A DNA stretch of 63,945 nt, the filler included, from Atractiella rhizophila (Eukaryota): assembly GCA_021432655.1 (NCBI GenBank). It is 7 parts of 7 records of this genome, joined end to end, with 100 filler letters (N's around TTAATTAATTAA, not from the genome) between each part and the next. Parts side by side here need not be neighbours in the genome. Positions count along the whole stretch, not along the records: positions 1 to 27,449 come from MU271352.1; 6 more parts are not named here. One strand, 5' to 3'. The notes beneath the pieces are model-generated. The model searched no databases, was not told the DNA's origin, and saw nothing but the letters and a program-made list of their open reading frames with translations. Shown piece by piece: positions 13,250 through 23,200 of the stretch (position 1 is the stretch's first letter; each line of letters begins with the position of its first letter). The position numbers and the translations under genes are program-made.

Positions 13250-13593
13250 CTAACCCGATGCTGCCAAGAGTGGCCACTCTTGGGTTTCGACCTGGATTTT
13301 CACAGAAATTATTTGCCAAATATTTTCGGTGTCTTGCGGTTATACCACAGGTTCCCGAAAAATTATACATCATGCGAAAGTGACCTGAAAAGAGAACTGA
13401 GAGCAGGAAATGAAGTAAACATAAGAGCAAAATGAGGAAGGTTTGAATGTTAATCATGCAAAGAAGAATAAAAGCCGAACTAACTTGATATCCAAGTTGT
13501 AGATGTTACGTTGGATAAAGCTGAGAGCAGCGTAGCAGCTTGGAAGCTGTTCACAGAGTCATATCAGTTTGTGCTCCTAGAGCTGAATACAAC

Positions 13594-16500
13594 TTACACT
13601 TCATCCGGAACAAATAGTGGAGCTGGAACAGAAACATATTGATTGGGATTCGTGGTGACTGGTCGCCCTGGCAGCCGCTTGAGCTTGACTCTGTGATCAA
13701 AAGTGCGCTGAGTCTCTACCAATCTCAGAAGCATATCTGTGTCCATTTCTTCAATCCACTTTGCTTTAGTGTTTCCACTGTCCGAATCGATGAACCGCTC
13801 TAATTGCCCAACATGTTCCTGATGATAATGATTTGCAAGTGAAAAAGAAGGAATGATCAGCCCACACTGATCACCTTGACAGCGGAGGGGAAAGTTAGGG
13901 CATGGGGACTTTGTAGCACTGATGATAGAGTAGCGGGTTGGGAAGCGATTAAAGACTGGACATTCTGTGAGGACCTTCTCTGTCTGAGACCCTTTCTTCG
14001 TAAGTTGAATGGAGCAGGTTCCATATCTTCCACAAAATGGACAGGTGTAATCACGATCCTTGAGGTTTCTTGATAGTTTAGGATTGGAGGGTGGAACTGG
14101 GAGAGGAAAGAGAAGTCCGTCATCTGAGGGGTGAATTCCAAATGAAGGAAGGAGATTGAGGGCAAGGTGGAAACCAACGTGCAAAGGCATCTTCTTCGTT
14201 GTGTACACAGTTTGACAGCCCTCCACCATGCACTTTGAGGTATGTGCAATCGGCAGTCCTAGATCTGTGAGGCTTTGAACAATACTTTGGCTTCGGAAAT
14301 GGATCATGCCTATGATTGAGACAGTCAGGTTGTTACCACTTAGTAAGCGGTCATTGAACACACCTCCAGAATCTTGATAAGGGAAACCTTCGATGCCACG
14401 CAAACTTTCAATTGCTGTGAGATCCATGTGGCGACTCTTCATCAAGCTCGAAAGCTTCAACTCAGTTTTCTCCAGAATCTCATGGTTAAACCCCCACCAT
14501 GGTTCTTCTTCCACTTCAAATCGGTTAGGACGTAGAGGTAAAAGCTGACTGGAGGTCACAGAGAGAAAGGTTGTACGAGTGTTGGGGAGCTTGAGATAGT
14601 CACGGCCATTCCATGCCCACGTTTGACCGTGGTCTGAGGAGAGTAGCTGACGAAGCATAATTGGCCGGACCAGGAGACGGGTGTCGGCAGTGCTGTTTCC
14701 TAGAGCAGACATGGCAATGGTAGCAGGGGGATCCTTATTCTTCTTGCGGTCCTTGTCAACTTCCTGGAATACCGCAACAGCCAATGCGACATCCTCCCGG
14801 CAGTGAATGAGGAGGCTCACAAGGTCTCCAGCATTAAGTATGTCAGGATTACGGTTTAGCTGGATTTCTGGGAGATTAAGAGGCATGAGACGGTAAGAGT
14901 GACGTGCGGCATGATACTGTCTTGAGGTCCGATCCGTAGTGGTCTGAACATGTTCAGGGTTGAGAATGAGACGAATAAGATGTGCCTTGTGCACGACACC
15001 TTGTCCATCCGCTCTACGCAAGTAAAGGTCATCTTGCAAGACCTTCAACTTCCAGACAACTCTAGTTTCACTGAGCTTGTCTCCAAATCCAACTTCTCCA
15101 TTGTGTCTTATTTCGGAGTCGGTTGCTTCTGTTTCAGTTCCTCCTAATCCTACTGCCAATACCAACTGGGATGTCTGGATCTCTAACAGCTCATCTTGTT
15201 CTTCTTCCTCCAGCTTATCCCAATCGACAGGTGTTGGCCCTTCATCAAGAGGAGGAGGAGAAGTGTAAGTGTTGATGGGTAGAGAGCTGACAGCTGACGG
15301 AGTGGTTCGAAAAGGCTGATGGCCTTCATCAAGAAGTGTTTGGAGAGACGGAGGACACTGAGAGGGGAGAGTTGGGGGCAAGAGTGTTGATTGGTACGAC
15401 TCCGGCGCATTTGCAGTCTCATCCTCTTCATTGTCCAGACCAGTACCCATGAACTGCTCTTGCTCTCTTCCTTTTGGCCAAAAGAGTGATACTGACTCTG
15501 TCATGAGTGCAACATGGTCGAATAGAATGCCAGTCTTCGATTCCTTCAGCTCCCTTTCTGTTCTCCACAATGCAGCCTCCCAAACCTGATCTAAATCCAC
15601 CTTACCAACCTCAACACAACCCGTAACAGAGCTGGGATTCAGATGATCTTGACCATGCTCCGTTGCAGGATCGAGACGTTTGTCTGTAGGTCTCCATTCA
15701 GGATGAAGCACGTAGTCATGCTGAATCTCGCACGCCGCGACAGCACGTTGCTGAAACTGGTGGAAGTCAAAATTGCGGTCACCTCCTTTCAGTGTACGGA
15801 TGATTCCGAAGGCTTGTTCGAGGAGATCGGTTCCAAGCTGGAAAAGAAAGAATCGAAATTGGGGGTTGGTAGCCTTGATTCGAGCGACAATAAGAAAAGC
15901 AGCCTTAACAGTTGTCACAAAGTCGTGGTAAAGTTGCCATGGCAAGAAGTTCCCACCATTCACCCGATAGCATACCAACATTTTGAGAGCTGCCGTGGCC
16001 AGATTCTCCAATTGGGTGGAGAGATCCATGTTCATTGAGATGAAAGGGATAAACGTGTCACGGATGATGGAGCTAAGAAGAGACAGTGCTCTCCATTCAT
16101 GAAAGGTCGTCAGGCTATCATCGTACGGTTTCGGGATGTTAGCCAGCTGGGAAAAGTAGGTGAGGAGACGGGTTGTGCGCGGAACGTTCATCTTGTCCTT
16201 CTCGTAATACAGGATGTACCACTCGTAGTCATCAACATTGGGATGTGCATTCTTGAGGTGTTTGCGTGTGACTTCAGGTGTCGTGGTGACATGTGCAACC
16301 GCTATTCCGCCTTTACGTCGGAGTGCAGTCGCAAAACGCTTCCAGAGATGCTTAACATCAAAGACGGGAAGGATGCCAGTCTTGGAAGTAAAGTAGTCGA
16401 AAAGAGGCAGATCATTCCGGATGACCTTAAAGAGTTGGGGAAAGACCTGATGAATCTCCTTCTTCCTGAACCAGAACTGAAACTCCTTCCGTCGTTTACC

Positions 16501-18825
16501 GTCTCCGTCACTGCAGTATGCTAGGAGATGACCGAAGCCACCAAAGCGTTGCGCAATAAACTCGAGTGTGGCTTTCTCTTCAGTGGCCATGGTTTGGATA
16601 CCATCCTCGAAACTGCCGCCTTTCATACATGTTGGACTAATAGACATGGGTTTCATATGATATTCTGTATATTTATGTCAGCATAGGGCCTAGAATGCGT
16701 TAAGAAAGGAGAGCACACCTTTGTCACCAAATCGCCCCAATCCTCCCACACTCACAAAGCTTGCAATGTGTGCTCCTCCAGCGATATCATCTAACCCCTG
16801 CCGAAGCTTCACTCCTATCTCAAAAACCTTTTCTTCACCATCAATCACCAAGTCTAGGTCCCCGACATGCTCTCGACATAGACCTTCACATCGGTTTGTG
16901 AAAGGATTGTAGCAGCAACGTTTTTCCAGAGCTGTCTCATCCTTTGCAAGGTAGAAGAACGCATGATTCGCCGATGCTTCGTCGGAATATGGGAAGATAC
17001 CTAGGTTGTGCAATATCTCATGTGCTGTGGGATATCCATATGAACCGTGTAGCTTGTGATGGCTAACAAAACGACGGATGGCACGGAGGGAGGGAAGACC
17101 ATTGGCTCTGTGGAATGTATGAACTAGACGCGCTCCACCAATACGCAGGAGCATGGCACCTAGCCGGAAGTGTTTCGTGGTGTAAGTTCGAAGTCCGAGA
17201 GAACCGTCAATGGCTTTGAAGATAATCCGAAGAAGCTCCTGTGCGCTAACCTTTCGACAGCAATGGTATTGATAGATAATGTCGCCGATGCGGGGTAGGT
17301 CAGAGGTACCAATGGCGTCAAGGAGGTGGCGATATAGGTCTTCGCGTTCTTCAAAGTGGTTGATGCGAAGGCGAAGCTTGTTGAGCTGTTGGATAAAAGT
17401 TAATGCAAGGTGACTATAGAAATAGATAGTTGTACCTTATTCGTCAACGTTGTACGGATGGCAGAGTATTGTCGCGAAAGGATGGAATCCTGAAGCGGTG
17501 TGAGGTATGCTTTGTTCAGGTGAAAAGAAGGGTCAACATTTTTGGCTCTCCGTCGAATCTGCAGGTAAAGCTTCGACTCCTTGATACTGAGGCAAGCCTT
17601 ACAGACTGCCTGCTCTGCTCCTATCACCTTCTTCAAGCACTTGCGCGACTCCAGCGTGACATCTAACCCTTCCAATCGAGCTATCCAAGGAATATCTTCA
17701 ATTCTCCCCAGGCGCCATGGATAAGACTCGTTCGGACTCGCTCCACCAACCCCGAAATACTTCCAGCCATCACAGTCTTGCACATGAAAGGTGAATGCTT
17801 CTTCCTCATCATCTTCCCCAGCATCGGAATCTGTTGCAGCATCGTCCACCCTTTTGTGATGCATAAGCAAGGAGGCTCTGGCAGTTGTGGAGACAGTCTG
17901 ATCGGCCATGATCTTCTGAGCAACGCGACGCTCATCCTCAGGCTGAAGGTGTGAGACCCCTTCCTCCAGCCCTTCTATGTGCAGACGATATCGTAAACGG
18001 GCAATCTCATCCAACATCCTTCCCTCTATTGCTTCTCGATCACGCTTCACTGTCCACATGCGTAATTCTTGCTTCTCAGCCTCCTTCTCTAACTCCTCAA
18101 TCCGGTCTTTCAAACGACGCTTCGATGCCTTGCCACAAGCACGTCCTTCGAGGTGGGTCTTGTTGAGGTACCGTTGAGATGGCAATTTCACACCACAATC
18201 CGGGCATTGGACACTCTATTTCGAGAGACATTAGACTCAATGGATCATATTTAGTGAAAACACACACCTGGGTGGTGGGAACATCTCTTCTTGCAGCTGA
18301 ATGCTTAGAGGTTGACTGCTGTGGTCCAGTGATCGATTCGGGAGGGGTCAAAGATGGTGCCAGAGACAGAGAAGTTGCATCGGGATTGAGTGAAATCGAG
18401 GTCAATGTCTGAGGATCTGGTAAGCGGCAGACAGGTAGATTGTCTAACCGCATCTGTGGAGGAGGTTGAAGGAAGCTGTGAAAGCTATGTTCAGGGATGC
18501 TTTCCACATTTTGACTTCCCTGGTGAAGAAGAAAATCAACCCTGCGCCGTTTGGACGGAGAAGCACTGGGGGAGGCAATGAGAAGGACCGATGAGCCTGG
18601 TTGCACAGAAGTTGTCGATGAGAGTGGTGTTTCCTGTGGGTCCAAAGGATTGGAATTTGAGGGGATGGGTGATTGAGGTACGAGCACAGGTGGGAGTGTT
18701 GCAGCGGAGGTGCCTGAGAACGGGTGCGCAACAACAGTCTTCTTGCGAGGCCGGTGCACATTATTCGAAGAGCTCGTGCTAGCACTAGAGCTACGACGCG
18801 TTCGGGTCAAAGGTATAGAAGGCAC
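13594..18825 (-). CDS. P-like DDE transposase, ~1,670-1,690 aa, 4-5 exons
   Basis: Introns 18216-18267, 17386-17435, 16665-16718 (and probably in-frame 14310-14363) join into one open frame. Motifs GLPSLRAIRR, AKDETALEK, CSDGDGKRR, FDVKHLWK (DxxH), DKMNVP, GTDLLEQAFGIIR parallel the P/THAP9 motifs LPSxRTL, DEM, SDG, DxxHLxK, KMxV, QDxLENxFxxIR. Confidence 0.85.
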
Positions 18826-19288
18826 GGCAAACGTCCCAATGTTCCAGACAGGTTCCTTTTACCACAACTCTTTCACAATTCAATTAACATTCAAGATGAC
18901 AGGAACGCACCTGTTCTGGTGCCATGACTCTTGGGAAGTGATAGCTCCTTCGCTTCCTCCTCAAGTCTCATTAACTTTCAGCTCTCCTTATATACCCCAC
19001 CCTTCCTTTCGGCCTGTGTACTTCGCCCTGAAGCAAGATTTCGAATAGTGCATACTGATCAGTTGTGATCAGTGCCAAGGAAGGAGCGGAGAGGAAGTTG
19101 CAAATTGGGCGAAGTTGGAAGCGCTGCATGTGGATTCGGGGTAGTGTTCGAGCAGCCGGGGAGACATAGAATCGAGGATGGAGATGGAGGACGCCAGGAC
19201 GGTGATGTTTTGAAACAAGGATATTTCATTGAAGTATTCACAGACCTGACACGCGGCGCAGAAAACTGGCGTCCGAAGGCTTGGCGCA

Positions 19289-19328
19289 GGGGTTTCTACC
19301 TTGAAATTACACCTCTGGCCCCCCCTTG
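19289..19328 (-). repeat. Right terminal inverted repeat of the P-like element
   Basis: ggggtttctaccttgaaattacacctctggcccccccttg, immediately followed by TSD gattacc. Confidence 0.9.
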
Positions 19329-19498
19329 GATTACCTAATAAGAAGAGGTGGTGATCGTTATTGGGTGAGCTGAAGGCGCGCGTGGTGTACACGAAAGAGA
19401 TAGTTCAATTATTCACACATTTTCAACACACACAGTATTGCTCTTGATCCTATTTGTCAATAGTAGACGAGGGGACAGTAGTGATTTTATAGTTTTGA

Positions 19499-19575
19499 CA
19501 AGTGTGTCAGAGGCCTTCGTCCCTCAGGCCCCCCAACCCACTCGCAAGGGGCATGGTGTCAGGCTTGCCCCTACG
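19499..19575 (-). mobile_element. Helitron-type 3' terminus (element extends rightward; 5' end not located)
   Basis: Minus strand reads GGCCT-GAGGGACGA-AGGCC TCTGACACACTTG|T, nearly identical to the terminus downstream of the Helitron helicase at 58773-58804. Confidence 0.65.
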
Positions 19576-20020
19576 CATTATTGAAATGCACCACACGAAG
19601 TCACGTGACCTACTTCACGACGTTATGGGATCACATGCCCCCCCATCGCCGCTTTGCTCACGTACACGCTGATCGCCGCTTTCCCTATCTCACACGAATC
19701 GCCGCTCAGCAAACCTTATACATTTCGCCGGTCTGCACCGTCTCCATTATTGCCTTATTATCCTTTCTCACTTGTACTGTTTAACATGCCTTATTTCCGA
19801 GTATTCTCTTTGATTGCTTTCCCGATCTAGCTATCTTACATGTTTCAAGAATCGTATGTTACAGTTTATGGCAGTGCTTTTAAATATGTATATATACATC
19901 GAGATGTAGTGGTGGTGACCTCAGAGTATTCTCTTAGGTTTACCTCCACTACAGGTTAGTCTTCTCATGCCATACTATCTCTTAGGTTTACCTCCACTAC
20001 AGACGCATCGCCTATCGGCG

Positions 20021-20112
20021 ACCGCACATAGTGTTAGCCCTAACACATGGCCCCTTGAACCCTACTGTGACTGTTGTGTGGGTTCGAGTCCAGTATGAAA
20101 CAAATTTTTTTT
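20021..20112 (+). other. Degenerate tRNA-like / Pol III-like sequence
   Basis: D-arm-like TAGTGTTAGCCCTAACAC, CTTGAA anticodon-loop-like segment, perfect B-box GGTTCGAGTCC (20081-20091), T8 at 20105-20112; no good acceptor stem. Confidence 0.3.
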
Positions 20113-20239
20113 ACCCCCTTCAGACCAAAATTTCCTCGCGGCTTCAGAAAGGCGCAAGCATATGCAGTAAGATGGTGTAATTCATTTCGTTTCAATGTGC
20201 CTGCTGAGGGAGGTGTGAACGCTCAAAAGTGCGTTTTAT

Positions 20240-23200
20240 GACTCATGCCAAGAACGGATGGCTTTTAGAGGTAAGGATTCCGACGGCAAGCAGGCGCTCA
20301 CAGCTAGAACTGGACACCTTGGCCTGAGTTAGGGATAGGGATAGGGCAAGGGGCAAGGAGGGAAGGGTTGCAAGGGCGAGACCAGGTGGTTGCGACCCGC
20401 ACTCAGTTTGTTTGTCAGAAGTAAATTCCTCCACTGCTTGGTCCACTCTTACAGGCAGCAGGGTAATCCTGACGCTGGCAGTCTGCCTGGCTCGGTACCG
20501 CTCAACTCACTTTACCCCCTGCGACGAGGCGAAACCTGAGGGTAGACCTAGCATAACTAGATCTCGCCACCACGAAGACGCGTAGCTGAAAGCTCGACGG
20601 ACTGCAGCGCTCCCGACACCGCAATGACTTCTGACCCTCTTCTTTAGACGGCTCGGGTACTCGGGCTTATGTAGTCCTCGAACCCTTCCTGTTTGGCGAG
20701 CAGATCCTGTCATTTGGTAACAGGCAGTGCGGTTTGTCGCAATGGTGGCTAGCGCCCCAGTCGGGGAGGAACCCCATTGTGGAGTAGGGGACTTAGGTAC
20801 CTTCGCTCTCTCTGCAGTCTTAAGCTGGAGCCGTTCGAAGCTACTCTGACACGTCGGCGTCCTAACTCTACTAGACGCCAAACTCACCTGAAAGAGGGGG
20901 GTATGTGAGGTAGCAGGAATATAGGTGCAAGCGCTAGCGCTAGCAGGTGGTAAGGTATAGGAGGGAGGACCTTTATAGCGTACAGTAGAAGTAGCAGTGA
21001 CGATAGGAGGAGTAGCTGGTGAGGACAGGCGTGCGGTTGCTGGAGTTAGTAGAAGTAGCAGCAGGGAGGTTTGTGGTAGTATGAGTTATGGTGTAAGTGT
21101 TCGTGGCAGCAGGAGTTTGAAAAGCGTACTCCAGGGAGTTACGGTCGTCGTTCTCGCTGCAGCTGTCGTGGTGCATTCGGTCGGGTCTTATTGTAGTAGA
21201 CCACGCGTACGCCCTAGAGCCCAACACCGCATACCAGTAACCGCATTCCCTCTCGCGGTCTGCTCCAGTGTACTACTACTCTCTGCAAGCGTGGGTTTCG
21301 AACCAGAAAACGCGCTTTCTAGGTCAACTACCGCAACCTGTCTCCCTTCTGTCGTGTCATCGCTCGGTACTGCTGTCGCTGGAACTTTCCCGTAGTCGGC
21401 TACTTGGTTAGGTTGTTATTTAGAATGGCGTCACTGGCGCTACTTCTCGCCGAATATTTGGTTCAGCCAAACACACTTGTCGCACTCCGGTTCCATCTAT
21501 TTCTATTTCAAGAGACTTTCGACGCTTTCTCACACCTTCTACATAAAGCAGCAGAAGACGCAGAACACTCTGTACAACACCATCCGTATTACAAAATCGC
21601 ACTATGGTGTCTTCTCATCACTATGCTATGGACCTTCTTCACACTCTTGGACTTCGTTCTTTGGCCGTCTTTGCCCTTTTTGACTGGCGACTGTAACTCG
21701 CGTAACGATTTCTTCATCGACCATATTCGCTACTCCTTGTGGTTTGTACAAAGGCACAGACCGGTAAGCGGGTTAGACGTGAGAATGCAATCGCTGGTGT
21801 TGAAATTCGGCTCTTTCCTATGGAACTTACGAACTCGTAGTTTGATGTAGGATTAGGTTTGTGTCGAGGTTCCTTGTACCTATACCTCTTGTGCTCGTTC
21901 TTCTGCGGCTGAGGCACTTAGTGTCTTATTTCGCTACCATGGTACCACACTTGCACGAAGTCTCAAGACCCTACAACAGTCAGTATCTCTGGCTCCATGC
22001 TTATTCTCTCTTGAGTGAGCTTGTACTGCTACCGATGGCGTAGTAACTCGTCTCTGAGCGGTTTATACTGCCTTATCTCAAAGCCAAGATGGAAGTCTCG
22101 TAACTTCTAACGATTGCTTTCTCTACAATCATATACTAAAGACCGCAAATTCGTCAACTTGTGCCAATCTCTTATCTTTCCGTTAAAGTAATCCCGTTTT
22201 CTATTGGAGCCCAGTACCAGCGTTTTCGACACAAGTTGATCTGACTTGGTCAATAAAAGTAACACTGGGCGGTCTTTGAAACGGCCATAACGTCGTTTAG
22301 TTGATGGTGGTCAGGATTACAAACGACGGGGACGCGGCCTAACCTATCGTCCCGATCAGTACCATACGATATTTAGGAGTAGACGGAAGCTTGTCGGAAG
22401 ACAGCACCGCATCCGAAACGGAAACACGTTTACCATTGTGCAAGTACGGTGGGGAAGGCAAGATAAACCTGCGGATGTCTTTTGTCACGAGGTACGAAGA
22501 GGTACCTTCGCTCCGTCCCTTATGTTGAGAGGTTACAGTTGACAGTTGTCTGAGTTGTTATTGATCTGAGGAAAGTGCCTACGATTAGACTAGACCTACT
22601 GGGAGGATTAACCTCAAGAGGTACGTCTTACTTCTCTTGTTTCAGTCTGTTCACTTACTCCGTCCTCGTATAGGAGGCTCATAGAGAAGGAACCGACTCT
22701 ATGGAAGAGGAAGACAGTCTTTTACCTCCGTGTTGGTCCTGCTAGTGAGGAGGAAAGTGACGCACGAAAGCTTCGGTATGTGGGAAGGTCTTTGGGTTCG
22801 GAGACGAGGAGAGAGAGGAGTCTTATCTGTGCGTGGTTCTTGTCACTGGCCTAGGCAACGTGAGTTTCTTGAAGGTTTTTAGTTTGTGAGCTACTATGGG
22901 CCGACCTCAGGAAGCTTAGGGTCAACTCTGGTCTCCTTTTGCTGTTCTGGCTACTGGTAGCGTCTCTACTTTCAGGGGATAGGGTCGGTTGTTCCAATTG
23001 CTGACGTGACACTCATTCCTTCCTCCATACCTCCCTGTATGCTGCTTACGCTTCGGGTTATACTGAGGTTTCGAGGCCTTTTTCACAGAAACAAAGTTCA
23101 GCATGGGCGACCTATTCTACTACCCGCCCTCTTCCTGCAAGTAGTACTAACACACAAACTTTCTTTGGTACCTGACCTCGGTACAGGGGCCTGACTGAGA

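Larger units (their letters stand above)
13209..19328 (-). mobile_element. Full-length DNA transposon, P-element-superfamily-like, 6,120 bp
   Basis: TIRs begin CAAGGGGGGGCCAGAG (16 bp perfect, ~40 bp imperfect) at 13209 and, reverse-complemented, end at 19328. Exact 7-bp TSD GATTACC at 13202-13208 and 19329-19335. One internal transposase gene. Confidence 0.9.

Noticed and set aside
13209..19328. Assignment to hAT, Kolobok, CACTA or KDZ/Zisupton
   Set aside because: The 7-bp non-TTAA TSD, CA...TG ends and KMxV / DxLExxFxxIR motifs fit the P superfamily better; no CACT terminus or KDZ-type CxC domain seen.
19930..20002. 25-bp direct repeat with a 23-bp spacer as a CRISPR array
   Set aside because: Only two units, eukaryotic context, no cas genes.
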